From assembly GCF_037042905.1 (NCBI RefSeq), contig NC_087250.1, positions 7,008,001 to 7,072,000 on the forward strand: 64,000 nt of DNA, read 5' to 3'. Within the stretch, counting starts at the first letter, position 1. Every line of letters starts with the position of its first letter. Source of the DNA: Lytechinus pictus (lineage: Eukaryota). The notes below the pieces were generated by a model that was given only the letters and a program-made list of their open reading frames with translations, did not search any database and was not told the origin of the DNA. Shown piece by piece: positions 1 through 15,400 of the stretch. The position numbers and the translations under genes were made by a program.

Positions 1-147
1 AAATGGTGCTATTACAAAAGACCTTGCATGGATTTGATGACAAGGTAATTCCTAATAAGTCTTTCGCATTGCTGTTCCCGATGGCACAAGACGAGGCGTC
101 TGGACAAAAGCTGCAGATGAAACCTACTCTCAACGGAAAAGTGCTTT

Positions 148-410
148 CTACAAAAGACCTTGCCTGGATTTGGTGACAAGGTAATTCCTAATGAAGTCCT
201 TGACGTTGCTCCACGTCCGATGTCCCAGGACAGGCTGCCGCGCCAGAAGCTGTTGAATGGGACCCTTGCCAGGGAGTTTGTTCTGCAGGATCTCATGTTG
301 GAACATCTCAAAGACTGCCGCCTTCTCGTCGGGTGTCCAGGGGCGCTTCTGAGGCTTCTTGCGAGGGCTGTCAGATGACGAGGAGGACTTCGCCCGACTC
401 TTCTTTGAAC
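148..410 (-). CDS. Crypton-like gene, last exon (Myb/SANT-like KRPW...RTW domain, stop TAG)
   Basis: Acceptor ttccaaccag|GT at 411/410; frame of ORF 148..498. Confidence 0.85.
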
Positions 411-3400
411 CTGGTTGGAAAAAGAATGAAACGGATGTTAAAGTTTTGATCATCGACTCAAATTTACCTCTTGGCAGAGTGCTTGAATTCCATCCCACAA
501 TGCATTGCCTTTAAGAACTATGAAGGTAAAGTCCCCAGTTTCTGTGATACTGAACACAGAAAAATCCCACTGAATTTCTAAGAACATGGAATTAACACAA
601 TTTCAAGGAAAATGCCTTCTATCCGGCCAAAATAGTTAAATTTGGAAATTCACATTTAAAAAAGGTTGCAGTTTTTATTTGCATACTGTAATATGTAAAA
701 TTATCTAAACCTCCAATTTCTATATTTGTAACAGCTTTATCATTATTTGTATTTGTCACTTAAGAAAAAAAATTATGTACAGGAAAACTGGGGGCTTTCC
801 TACCTACCAACCCTGACTGCCGAGAAAATTACTAAGCAATCCCCAGATACAGACGCATTCTTACATTTCATTCAATACAACATTAAAAATATAACAAAAA
901 TAGGGAAACATGGGTTAAAATTGCAATTTTCTTTTCCCTGAAATAGGAATGATCCAATTGGAAAACTTCGCAGACATGGGCTATAGTATGGTAAAGTCCC
1001 CAAAGTCTGTTTAGTGCCCCTAGTCTGCGTATGCGCCATTCTTATAAAAGACACACAACAACTAAACTCGACACCTGCAACACATAGACAGATAATCAAT
1101 AAAAAAATCTGACTCAAAATGGTGCGGAAAAAAAAAATCGAATTTGTGACGACCTCAAAATGCAGCCTTTTCTCGTCAAAATCTCAGACTTTGGAGTAAA
1201 GCGAATGGGTGCGCAGACATGGGGCACGGTTTTTTTTCTTCAATTTGAAGATGACTGGCCGAGGCTTTTTTACAAGAAAATATTATGCCTTTCAAATTAT
1301 CATGAGATGTTTGGCACACTTACTCATAAGATTATAAAGAACATATCGAGTGATTTTTTTTGTGTAATACAAATACTCGTGTTTCATCTGAATCTAAATT
1401 CTTAGGTGTGCAGACAGGCCCCCCCCCCCCCCCCCACCATCCCCTTCATACATAAAGTCAGCTACTCTCCGCTGGCTACCGCTGTAATCTCTGAACATAA
1501 AAGATTTTCAGTTTGTTAAACGTCTGTACCGTATCAATAGTTCAAATTACTCTTGTCAGTCTACAATACACTAAATAACTGGCTCTAGAGTACTTGAATA
1601 ACTGTGCAACTTAGCATAATAATACTAATAACAATATAAATAGACATTTATATAGCACCATCTATCTAGAAATATTCTATTCAGTAGAGAACTGTGGTCA
1701 GTCTCCAAATAGTGAGAATATGTTTGGTCACATGATGCTACAGGAAAACATTTTTTTTTTTTCCCCCAAATAATAATAATAATAATTAGACTTATATCGT
1801 GCCAAATCCACTCTGTAGAGAGCTCAAGGCTCTTTTTAGGTAATTATAATAAAGGAAATTAAGAAGAATTGAAGAGAAATGTGTTAAGGTATTGTTTGAA
1901 AGTTTCTGAGGTCAAGCACTGTTTAATGTTTCCAGGGAGGCTATTCCATAACTTGTAGGATGAGTGAACAAATGATCTTTTACCCAGGTTTTGGAAACTT
2001 TGGGGGTAACGAGAGAATTGGAAGAGGAACGTAAGGATCTTGAAGGGGTATAACTTTTGATCAGTGAAATGAGGTACACTGGGAGAAGATGGGAATGATC
2101 TACTATAATTGGAAAACTTTGCAGATATGGGCTAGCCAGAGTCACCTCCTCTGGCTAGCAAGAAGCGGATACAGACCTGCCAACCTCTGGGAATGAAAAA
2201 CTGTATTCTGTGATAAAAAACCCTGTATTTTTCCCCAAAAAAGTTTATTTCATAATAAAATGCGTGGCGCACTCGCTCATGCAAGCTAAAATGCGCACTG
2301 CTCTTGCGAATGAAAAAAAACCAACATTGAAACATGTATGTATCTCACCCTGGCTTTAGCGAAACGATTGAAAAAAAAAACAAGCTACTTGAAATTACAT
2401 TGATCTAATTACCATATTTGTGTAAGTTTTATGAAATAGAGACATATAGAGATGATTTTCCTCAATAAATTACGATTTTGTAAAAAAATATTTAAAAATA
2501 TATATATATTTTTACAAAAACATATTTTTTAAAAGAGAAAACGTACTGACGAATTTTGGTTGCAAAAACGTACTGGTTGGCAGGTCTGCCGATAGACTCA
2601 CCTTTACTCTGTTTGGTGGAGTTAGATGAAGCTGAGGATGATTTATGCTTCTTCTTATGAGATTTCTTCTGTGACGACGACGATCGTCTCCTACTGCTGC
2701 TGCTGCTGCTCTGGACTGGTGAGATTCCAACCTGTGTCTCCAGGATCCCATCCTCCATGAAGTTATACTCAACTGTGATCTCTGGACATAAAAATACAAT
2801 CAATAATGAAATCAACTAGATGAACACATTCATATAAAACTGTATTCTCTGGAGAAAAAAATCAATTATGAAAATGACTTCAACCGGATGCACACATTGA
2901 CATATACATGTGTACTAAACTGTATTTTCTGGAAATAAAAAAAAATCATGAAATGAAATCAACCAGATCTGTGATCTCTGAACATAGAAAACAATCAATT
3001 ATAAAAATGACTTCAACCAGATGAATGTATTTACATATTTTTTACTTAATTGTATTCTCTGGAGATGAACACAATCTAGATATGAAATCAACCAGATGAA
3101 AACATTCACATATTTCTGCTTAACTGTATTCCCTGGAAATAATAACCAATCACTAAATCACTAATGAAATCAAATCAATCAGATCAGTACATTAAAATAT
3201 ATTATGCTTCACAGTAATATCTAGAAATGGGTAAATGAAACCTTTTCATAACATCAGGGTCTCAACAGAAATCTCTGGAAATAAAAAAAAAAGGAATATG
3301 AAATGAAATGAACCAGATGAATGCATTCACAAGTGTCTTATACTCCACTCTAAAGTTGTTCATATCGTCAGGACCATGGAAGAAAAAACAAATCGATTAT

Positions 3401-6400
3401 TATTAAAATCATATGAACCAGATGATTAGTAACAAGTCCCTCAAGGCCTGGCTTTGCCTAAAAAAAAATAATATGACCTTTGACTAGTCTAAGGTAGCTC
3501 TTATAGAAAAAGCAGGGGCGAGACTAGGAGATATTGCAGAAATAATAAGATAATCTATTTTTCATGTCAAATGATGATAATGATGATCCACGGCATTTAT
3601 ATTCCGCCATATTTCTGTTATAAATATTCATAGGCGCAAATCATTTCAATAATCTTGTAATCCTCATGTCCAAACTCTGATAGTCTAGCCACATCCTTGA
3701 TTTTGTGGGCTTGTGCACAACACTTTATCTCATGCTCTACAGCAATCTCTGGAAAAAAAAAAATGTTGTAACATCTAAACCATGTAAAATGGGGGGATGA
3801 ATCATTTTGCGGGTACTTATACCCACATAAAAAAAAATTTCCAATTACTTTTGAGAGAGATTTTTACACATGATCGTACAGGTGCATCATTTCTCTTGAA
3901 ATCCATTGACCTACAAAACACAAAAACTTCAAAAAGTGGGGCACACTTTTCCTCACTGTAGTGCATTCCGCATACAACGTTGATGTCACGTCATATACAT
4001 TGACAAATAATAAATCTTGAATCTTTTCACAGTGAATCAATATTTTGGGGGTGGAATAATTGGCACACCCTTATTGCACTGGCAAATCAGAAACATCTTG
4101 TTTAGACTGCATTATACAGCAGTTTGATAGAGTGTATCTGCGGTCTTACCCTCATCTCTGAATAGGGGGATGTCATCTAGTGACTGGGCAACGAGTCTAG
4201 TCCGGTCTCCATTCTCTATTGATATCAGCACCTTGCAAAGTTTGATCACCTGTACCACGAAACAAAAAGAAAAAATGTAAAGCGGAGATAAGAAAAGAAG
4301 ATACGGAGCAGAGACGACGTAAAGGAAAATTACAAATAGGAGGAAGTAAACAAAGAGATAAGGAAGGGGAGATGGTACTGTATATTCAGAGGAGCCAGAA
4401 AATAAAACGGGGGAAAAAGAGCATGAAGAGAGAGAGACAGAGGGTGACAATAAGAGACGGAACAACAAAGATGTGATTAGAAAGAGTAAATGAGAAGAAA
4501 AACTAGCACATCACTGATGTGGAGCTCATCCGGCATCTCGCAAAGAAATTTAACACAATTTTTAATTTCAGCCCAGTTGACACTGTAGTGAATTATATCG
4601 TTGACATAAATTAAGGAAACAGAATAGAAATTGATGAATGACAGAGAAGAAGCATTTTTGTGATTTAAGAATAAATTTTGTATAGACAAGCATAAATAAT
4701 GTTCTAGTCATTTCTAAATTCTGTGTAGAACCTTGGTGGACCTCATGTACATGTAGCTCTCAGATGGAACAAAAAAAATCAAAATCTGTCAAAAAATAAA
4801 TTAGAAGCATTTTAAAAAAAATACTAGAGATGAAGACGGGGGAAGATGGCAAGGAGTTCAGGAGGGAGAGAGAGAGGACAGAGGGTGACAATAAGAAGAG
4901 ATGGAATAACAAGCATGTGATTAGAAAAGTAAAGAAGAAAAGACAAGATGAGAAAGAGGAGCATTTAGTTGTAACCCTAGATCAGAATGACTTGTAATAA
5001 AATTAAAAACTTTATCTAATACCGTGTGTTTACACGCTGCTTCAGAATTGAGAGCCGATGCAAAATCAGCCTTTTTTATGCATGTAAATGCGATCAACTT
5101 GCATCGGCTCTCGGTGCAGACACGGCAATTTTGCACCACCAAAACAGTTAGATCAGAACCGCGAGCCGTTGCAGACAGTAATTTTTCTATGTGTAAACAC
5201 GAAGCTGAGTCTGCACCGGCAATAGCTGATTGCTCACCTCTTCGCTTATTATGACGTCAATGTGAATGGCGTAAAATATGCGCAGATAGAATCCACTGAT
5301 TTGTGTTTTTGCCCCATGAGCAGATTCTACCCTGCGAGCTGGGACAGCGTGTAAAATGTTGTTTTTTCCAAAACACAGAATATCATCTCTAGTATTTCTT
5401 ACCTGCTTCTTGTCTTCTTTCTCACTGACCTTTACCAAGAGACCTCAGTAAAGGCCATGATAAGTGCATTTTTTAAATTTTAAAAACCATTTATACGCAA
5501 AACATGTGGATTACTGTAGTGTAAAGAACACCCATCAATTTTAGATCAACGCTCTGTAACATAAAGCTTGCAATCAATCGCTGAATGCTATAAATGACCA
5601 ATCAAGATCATCAATGTAAGCACATTTTCTTTTGAACACTGACCAGGATCCAATCAGAATGGATCTTTCATAATTTGCAATCCATTGCAATTCTTACATT
5701 ACAGGATCTAGATTGGTGACACTGGGGGTGAGAACTCACCTGCAGCATAGCATCGGGACCAATCATAAGCATAGCATGCTAATGACCCAACGTTCTCGCT
5801 ACCACGCGTCACGGTTGGCGGGCGCCGCCAAGCCTGAAAATTTTCAGGGCAAATCCGCCAACCCTGAACTTCACCGACAACCGTGGCCGACAACTGTAAA
5901 GCAGGCCTAGATCTACACAAAAACTGAATAATATATAAAAAATAATCTGCTTTTCAGATCCTAAAATAAACTTGTCGATTATTTCGTCCACGATTTCTTC
6001 CCGGGATTTCTTTGACTCACTCACTACTACTAGTGCGCTATATACGATACGACCTCGACTCGAGGCCCAATCTCTTTTGTGGGAAGCGCGAAGATGTTTA
6101 CCTCGCATTTGCGTATCGCATTGCTCACATTATTTACGTCTTTAAAATGGTAGTAAATACGCTCAAAAACAAGTGAGGGGAGAGGGGTATCGTGGGTTAT
6201 TACTGGCTTGGGCAATGTAATTTAGATTATTACGAATTTCAGTTGATATTGTCACTTATTATGTCAAAAATAAAGTGTGTCAAAATTACTATCAAAATTC
6301 GATCGAAATATAGTTTCATCTCGTCCCAGGCCCCAGCCTTTATAGCTACATCTACATGAATTCATTGAATGCATTTCTGATGACACTGCCGTAGAGCGAA

Positions 6401-9400
6401 TTGAGAAAAACTATTCAAAGATCACGTTAATAATGACAAAGCCAATGGAATGGATTGATATAATGTCCAACTCATTTACTTACATCAAAATGATTTATTC
6501 ACATTTAAATTCCGATTTTACTCCATTATTTCCAAAGTCTCTACGTGGATCTTTTGAAACTGTTGATTAATTTCGCGACGGTGTGTCTACCAAGTTCTGT
6601 GCCACTGCACTCGCGCTCGCAACGGTCACATTCATAATACAAATCGCACATGGCATCAAAATCCTTGATCCAGGGATCCGATAGTCTTCCAAAATAAGAT
6701 GGGATCCAAAACTAATTTAATTTGATTTTTTTCATATATTCATTGAATCTGTTATAATTTCATAATTAATAATCTTTATTAATATTATTCACACTTTTTA
6801 TCATATTACGACTCATTTTTTAATGTGAGTTATACATATGTACAGTGTATTTTCATTTCATTGTTCTTTATTACTCTTTGCCTGCCAATTAAAATAATGA
6901 GCGCACCTGTCGCGGGCCTGAGAAATGTTTTTAGTCATCACAGTGAATGCTTTATGAATTTGTTGTACAATTGCTTAACTACGATTTAAAACAAAATATC
7001 ATTTGAAATTAATTTGTGTAAAGGAAAAAAGGAGAATGGGGGGTGGCCGTGGGCAATGTAGATGAAAATGATGGGATGTTTGTGACTTTGTGGGGAGGCG
7101 ATTAAGTTCGTAGCGAATGAAATTAATATTCATTTATGGATGTGTCTACTGTGATTGTGGCTGCATAATCTTTATGGCGATTGAAAAATCCACCTTGGGT
7201 CGGGAGAGGTACGTGATTCAATAGATTTCGATAGAAGTACACATTCAACAAAGTGGAATTGGCAATTCATTCACAGATATTCGTTTCAAGTACGAATTAT
7301 TGAAGTTGATATGTGTGAAAGTTTTTGAGATATCGGATATGTATATCGTTTTTTCACGCCCACAACCACAATGAGTTGCTAGTATAATTTGAATATCGTT
7401 GGATGAATTTTTCAAGTTCACTTATGTCTTTATGTTTCATATCGGAATTGTGCTTTTAATATATAAGTTATATCTTGGCAACGTCGTTAGCCTAATTATA
7501 CTGCGAGTGGATGATATTTATGAAATGAGTTGGAATGTGAACGAGACGCCCCAAAGCCGATGGCACGTGATCTAATTAGTATTCACTTTCTGGGTCGAGC
7601 CAATCATTGTGCTTGAAAACGGGTTTCCCCGAATTCCCGCCCTTGGAATGTGTCCCACGTGTGTGACCTGTTAACCTGTTGTTTGAGTGCGAATCAGCTG
7701 ATTTCTTGACCTCAAAAACTCTTCATGGTGTTTACGCTGCATGGATGGGGGCTATAAAATTAAGAAGATCTTTCTCTTTTATTCATTTTTAATAAACTGT
7801 TCGTGATTTTCAAACTACACCTATAGTGATATTGTGATGCAATTTATTGAATCACGTACCTCGATCATCCCACTCATGGTGCAAGAAAATATTTTTTAAA
7901 TTCACCAAAATATACATGTAAGAAAGATTATTCGGCCGTCATCATCGGTAGAAGTATAGACAAGTCTATAAAAATGTATTCGCTTCGAATATTGACTTCT
8001 TCACCAATCCCACACACAAGATCTCAACATCCCCTTGTCATTGTCCACGCCACGACCCCTCCCCTATCGCTCTCTCCCTTCGACCATCCTACAACCCCAC
8101 CCCTCTTCCTCTCTTTCACACACGCTGTATTTGTAGGCCTACATAATGTATTATGTAAAAATAGAAATCTTATTTCCTGTCAATTAACCTATACTTTCAA
8201 AACATTTTAAATCGCAGTTAAGAAAAACAAATTCGTAATATTAGAGTATAATGAATGACTAAAAATATTTCTCATGCTCGTGATGAGCACAGCACATTCA
8301 TTATTTTATAGGTGAGTAACGAACAATACAAAGGAACACAGCAATAATTGACAGTGATAAAAGAATCTCGATTGGAAATTATTAGTATAAACATCATCAA
8401 CAGAAGTCTTATGAGAGTTATAGTTTCAGTGAGTATCGAATAAACCAAACAAAAAACCAAGCAAATTGTATAAGTTGGGGACCCCGTCTCATGAATACCG
8501 ATGCCCATTATTTGGAAGCCTCGGAAGAAAACCTCGGTCACATTTGCTCTACGGCGAGTCGAAAACAGCCGTTTTATTCATTTGTATTCAAACCACGGTA
8601 ACCACCTATATTCAGCTGGTACAAAAAATGTTAAAACGGCTGTTTTCGACTCGCCGTACGGCCGCCGTAGAACAAATGTGACCGAGGTATAAAGTCGAAA
8701 CAATCTTTGGATTTAGTAAGGGCGTGACGCAGCGCAAGCTCAAAGGGCTTCGCATGCGGTCCGTAGATGCAGTCGGTCATTGACATAAGAAACAACACGC
8801 ATTCACAAAATTAATCGCACTTTCTAAGGATGTAGCGATATCGATCTGAACATTGGAAAGTATGGAGTTAATTTATCGATGTAAATAGTCTATAAACTGT
8901 AAGTATAAAATGAGATTGACTTCAATTTTTAAGTTATCAGTAATTGCCTTTCTGCTTCAATCGCAATTTGCGCAACCGTTACGGCTGTGTGGCCGGAGAG
9001 GCATTAAATAGACATAAAATGTGGTGCATTTAGCAGCAATCTAAGCTCGTCGATATTGATATTTTCGATAGCTACCGCGCTTTGCGAGGGAGGGGGGACA
9101 CCCCCCTCCCGAACCCTCCCCCCGTGCGTGCTTCGCACGCACCGAGGCCGCTGCGCGGCTTGCGTCGCTTCGCGCCGCCAAGCGTCAGAGTGAACCTGGC
9201 GAGAACGTTGTAATGACCAATCAACATCATCGTTGCATGCACATTCTTTTTAAACACTGACCAGGATCCAATCAGAATGGATCTTTCATAATTTACAATC
9301 CATTGCAATTCTTATCTTACAAGGTCTAGATTGGTGACACAGGGGGTGAGAACTCACCTGCAGCATAGCATCGGGACCAACCATAAGCATAGCATGCTAA

Positions 9401-12400
9401 TGACCAATCAACATCATCGTTGCATGCACATTTTTTTTAAACACTGACCAGGATCCAATCAGAATGGATCTTTTATAATTTGCAATCCATTGCAATTCTT
9501 ACATTGGTGACACAGGGGGTGAGAACTCACCTGCAGCATAGCATCAGGACCGTGTATCCTGACGTCATGTCCCGTCAGTCGAGCCACAATGCACAACTCA
9601 TTGTCCTTCAGATTCAAGATCTGACTTAGTGTAGCAATGTGGTTCTTCAGCTGCTTGCACTGAAGGTTCTCCGGACTGCTGGCCCCGCACTCAAAGGCAA
9701 ACCGCTGCAGACACTCCAGACCTCTTACCGTGTTGGACACCCGAGAATCGGGCTGAATCATCGGGAAGAGGTACTCATTGGTATCCGGGATGCCTACATC
9801 GTGGCGCTTCGCGACCAGGATATCGATCCAGAGCTTGATCTCGTCGGTCAGGAGTACAGGTACGACCTTGCCTTTCTTTCCGATGACCTCGATGCGCGTG
9901 AGCTTCTTGCAAAGTTCCTTCTCGAAGAGACTCATGGCGTCGTAGACGACGTGAACGTCCGGGTGAAGCGGTTGGTGCTTGCGCGCATAGTCACTGAGCT
10001 TCATTTTGGCGATGCTTCCAAGCCGCCGTCGGTTAAAGAGTATGACTTGTGTGAGGGCAATCTCGCTGAGATTGAGCCATGCATCATAGATATCTTCATT
10101 GGTGTGAAGCATTCGCATTTGTTCATGAGCTATCCTCTTGAGGTACGATGTCAGGCAAGCTACATCCTGCGCTAGCGATAACCACTTAGGGTTCCCTCGA
10201 CCTTCGTCTAAAATGCTTCCAAAGTGCGGCAAGGTGGTTTCTTCATGGAACTGGAATTCGAGCATGTCATGGAATTCTGAAGCCCGCTTGTAAGCGAGTG
10301 TGTCCCCAAGGGTCGACGCCTTGGCCTGTAAGATGTATGTGCATTTCTTGAGCGAGTACCCAACATTGGTGTTAAGACTCGGCGAGGAGTTGTTGTATCT
10401 CCGATGGTTAAACCCTGCTAAGCGCCTCGCAGCAATCACAACATTTTGAAACTTGGCAGGGTCAATGAAGGTGTGTAACGTCGCTAGAGGATCTCCACTC
10501 ACAAACCTGAGCTCTAACAACAGTCTACCCAACTCACGGAGTCTTAGCTTTATAGAGACCGCCTCCTCGCGATCATGATTCAACTTCAGACACTCTTTCT
10601 GCGCAATCTCCAATATGAGCGGATCGTAACTGATACAGTGCGACACGTCATCCATTTTGTTGATTCCGAGCACGTCCCCGCGTAACTCCTCCAACGTGCA
10701 CTCCCGGTGCGCGACGGAAAGCACGCCCTCATCAGACGAAACTGATCCTTTTTGTTTGGTCTTTTCGCGAAGTCCATTAAGAGGGCACTCGTGCTTCCAG
10801 AGATCCCGCTTGACATAGTATGCATAGCAGTAGGAGCATGGAATGTATTCGCGAGGGTCTGCTCCCAACGTCGGTCGTTTCTTCACGATCAGACTTCCCT
10901 TGCCTTTCTGTAGGACGTGCATGTTGTGTCTATGATTACCTGCAAATGAAGAGGAAAAAAAAACATAGCTAAAGGATCATCACCTCAAACACATAGGTGT
11001 AACAAAGTCAATTCAAGACTAGACATGATAGATCTGGGGCCCGTTTCATTAAGGACTTGCAACTGTTGTAATGTTGCCACTATGTCAACTACCATGGTAA
11101 CAGGGCTCAGCAGACAATCAGAATCAAGGTTGCCATGGTAGTTGCCATAATGGCAAAGTTACAACAGTTGTAACTCTTTATGAAATGGGTCCCTAAAGTG
11201 GCCTAGTTACAATGGTCACAGTTCGTGAAGGTGCCCTAGCAAAGTGGTCTAAGGCGCCTGACTAGACATTTGCAAGTCCTGGGGGGCGTTTCATGAAAGG
11301 ACTTGTCGGACGTTTTATCCGACAAGTCCCATTTTATCCGACAGTTACCATAGTAACAGTACCTCTCAGCCAATCAACATCAGAGAAAGATGTCAGATCT
11401 GACAACTTGTCGGATGAAAATGTTGATGAAACACTCCCCTGGGCTCGATCCCCGGCCACGGCACCTATGCCCGTGAGCAAGGCATCTAATCAACAATGCT
11501 CTTTTCTCCTAAAATCAAATAAATGGAACTGATACACGCATTCTTGATGATTGCTTTTAAAAAATTCAAAATCAATAACATTACAATGGCCATAAAATAA
11601 ACATTTTGTCTATATTATATTACCCATATCAGACATCTGAGCTGGCCATTTATCAAAACGTGTTGCCCTAGATTTTAAGAATATCGGAAGGAAATCGGAA
11701 TAGGCATATTATTTGTATTTTGCTTGGTACCTACGCGCATACCGACTATTTCCCATCAAACTCACCGAGATTTCTTAACTTTGCCAGCTTGGCATCCTTG
11801 AGAATGGGATCTTTCTCATGCACAAAGTCAATGACTGCCGCCTCTGTGTAGTGGAGTTTGACCAGATGGCGCGGGATCTTGGAGACGGATTTCTCACAGT
11901 ACAGGCAGAAATATTTCTTGTCAAACTTTCTCCTCCCGTCCTCGTAGTTGTTCGTTGACATGACGATAACGTTCTGAAGATCTGGGATCGGACATGGGGG
12001 CAAAGGAAGAAAGAAGAAATAAAAAACTTGACATTGACGTTTCGGAGCAAGTAATAAATAAATCCTCAAAAATCATTCCTTTAAGTTATCATTCAGTAAC
12101 GAGACACCTCCATATTTCACTACTTGGTCATCTAAAAAAAAAAAATCTATATATTGATGTTGATCCTAAATATCATGCAATGTTTTGCAGTGTAACCAGA
12201 GTCAATTATGCAATCAATCCAAAACAAAGTTCTACTATGATTGCTATGCTTTTTGTCACAGGTACCAAGTTATACTCACTGTTTTTAGATTTAGGAATGA
12301 TGACGGCTTCATGATCGTCGTCCAGAGAATTCTCATCTACCGCCTTCACCGTATTGTTAGCCTGTGCCTAAAAACAAATATTTTACAGATAAATAACAAT

Positions 12401-15400
12401 TGGAGTACTGTAATGATCTTAAAGGTGACAGAAAGTAGTTGCAGCAAACAATAATTTCATGAGAATGTCTTTAAAATCAAGGTTTAAATGCTACCATATT
12501 ATCATAGATCTAGTGTATTTTGAGTGTATTAATATTGTTTGGAAAAATACCCGACATATTAAGGAATTCCGTGCTTATTTTGCTCATTTCTCAGCAATTA
12601 CACATTTTTTTACAGAGCCATTTGGCACCTACTTTTCATTCATACATACAAACACTTGGGTGGTCACTTTATTGGATTCTGTTTCGAACTCATTTTGAGA
12701 TCATTACCACAACTGGTATTTATCTTTAAACAGAATCCAATAAAAAAACAACCTAAGTATTTGTAATTAGAAATGGAAATACGTGCCAAATCACTCTCAT
12801 AAAAAAAGAGAATTTTATTTCTAAAACGTTCCACGTTGCTCTTTGATGTAATACCTTGATCAGATAAAATGACTTGGGCATAACAAACTTCTGTTTCTTT
12901 AATGAAATGCTCAAATTTAGACAATTTACCAAGCGAAGATGTTTTCACTAGTTGCTTTTCACATTTTCTAACCAATCCAGCAAGAACTTATTTTTTCACT
13001 AGACTCAGAAGAGGTATATAACCGCAACTATGGAAAGCCAGCAATGTCAACATTTAAATGCATGTTTGTTCAAAAATGTTTTCCAGACAGGATATCGTCG
13101 TCTTGACAATTCAGCGTGCTTCTCCTCATTTACATAAAGGACATTGTGCAAATTTCCTGAAGAAAAAATAATGACATTGTTGGATTTCCATACAGTTAAG
13201 GTTGATCGGATCAATCGTACATGTAGCTCTTTGTAAGACGAGGCCCAGATCTTCTCTGTTCATTATCAAGATTAACAATCCCTGCACCCCTCCTCACCTG
13301 TAGATAAGCAGTCTCGTATACCAGAGGATCGATCGTAACGGTCGTGGTCCCTCCTATGTTGTTCCTGGCCGTGTTGACCCACTGGACATCGGCCATTACC
13401 TGGGCAGTTGCTTGCTTGACCGGTTGCTGCTGCTGATACCCGGTGGTCACTGCTTGGTAGAAGACCTGCGGCTGGACCTGGGCTTGGGTCTGGATTTGGA
13501 CCTACATGTGATTTTGATGGTCAATTAAGAATTAGGATAATATTATTTAACTAGTTATCTATAACAACAGGGGTGTGAGTGGTCACAAATATAAAGATCT
13601 GAAAAAAGCTGAAGAGTATTGAGGAAGTTTGAAATAGATAGAGCTCCCATCCTTTTTGTACCGAGAAGAGCCAAAAATAGGCTGAAATTAAACTGAAAAT
13701 AAAAATAAAATAATCTGAAATCAGCTAAAAATCTGAACTCTCACACCCCTGAACAAATATTAAATTCTCAGATGAATATGCTTATAACCAATCTAATTCA
13801 TTTTATATCATTACAAGGGATTTGTCTATAATTTGCACATTCCCTAGTAGAATGCAAACCAGAAAGAGAAGAAAAGAAAAGATTGAGAAGTAGGCAAGAT
13901 GAAAGGCTCGAGTAGAAGGCTGGCTTGAGTTGGAGAGTGGAGGTGTAGAGCACGGGTGGATGAGAAGACTTGGCATTTCTGGCAGGTTGACTGTCCGTCT
14001 TCAGAAGATTGATACATAGTATGTCAGGCAAAGTAAGTCAAGTTTGAGCATGCTCAATGTCTAAAATTTCTTCAGCCACTGGCTTTATATGTGCCACCCA
14101 TTGCCCCAACTATTATGATGTAAGTTCGAGTTTTGGTAAAGATATTCGATTCTGAAAGGAAATAGTTGATGCAATCCTGAAATGTTCATAAGCCAGAATG
14201 CTTATTTAGAAGAACAAGGTTTGATTAAAATCACTTAGGCTTGCTTAGAATTACATTCATTTCATGACCACATACTTTTACTGATGTAGCTAACACAAGA
14301 ATCAACAGGTGGGACCACACTATAAACGGACAGGCATTTTTCCATAGTTTTTCTGATCTTCATTTGAGCACTACTCAGTAATTATACATTTTCCCAAATT
14401 ATTGTTCGGCAGATATCATTTATGATCCTGTGAAAGTTTTGTTCATTTCTGTGAACATGTAATTTTCTGTCGTTCCCCATACATGTACCAGAGTTGATCT
14501 TTGACCTCTCACCTGTTGTATCGGAGTTTGCTGTTGAAGAGTTCCATTATTATCCCAGACGCCGCCTTCAGATTCTTCTTTGATAATGATAGCATCTACT
14601 AGTCCCAAGCAAGGGACATTGGCACCTGTACTTGCAGCTTCTGGGAGTGACTTTGCCTCGGCTTGCACAGCGGACTGCTCCATGTCCTGTTTTGATTGGA
14701 TACAACGAAATGAAGGAGAATACAATCATGTATCCAATCAAAAATGCAATCATACATGTACATGCCATCAAATACTAGTTGACAGCCAAAGACAGGAAAA
14801 ACCTGCTCCTGTACTCAAAGCATTAAGGGTGACTTTGCCTTGGGTGTGCACAGCAAACTGCTGTGTCCTGGTAGGGGACATTTCATGCAATCATACATGA
14901 AATCAAACACGTAATCAAACATGCCATCAAATACAAGTTCACAGTCTAAGACATGGAATACTTCTTTATCCCTGTACTTCCAGGCCAGCTTCTGAAAGTG
15001 ACTTTGACTCGGCTGGCACAGTGGACTGCTCCATGTCCTGTGTAAAAGAAACATACAATCATAAATGCAATTAAAAAAAATAAAAGTTCACAGTCCAAGA
15101 CAGGAAACACTTGCTCTTGTATTTGCAGCTTGTGGACGTTTTTTGCCTTGACAGCAAACCGCTCTGTGACAAAAACAATTGTGAACATTTAAATGTAATC
15201 ATTAAATGCAATCAAAGAAACATGCAATTATGATTTGATGTTCCTCAACAAAAAATACTTAATTTCATATAAAATAAGGTGAAAACCTTTTAGGCAATCA
15301 AATATAAGCAATGGACCTAGAAATCTAAGAGGGCAAAATTCAAATCAAGCAATTCAATCCAGTTTCCATTAAGCTTAAGACCAAGCTGGAAAATAACAAA

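Noticed and set aside
5403..5445. Possible microexon VSEKEDKKQ with a strong CAG|GTAAGA donor
   Set aside because: No good acceptor, lies in repeat-like sequence, and would interrupt the continuous MLQ|VIKL motif.
9639..10175. 178-aa plus-strand ORF
   Set aside because: Antisense shadow of the GC-rich Crypton-like exon; no recognisable motifs.
11230..11460. tRNA gene
   Set aside because: A and B boxes are split by a MITE and followed by a SINE body; no intact cloverleaf.
148..12069. Active Crypton transposon
   Set aside because: No termini seen, long TE-filled introns, and apparent loss of the catalytic tyrosine.
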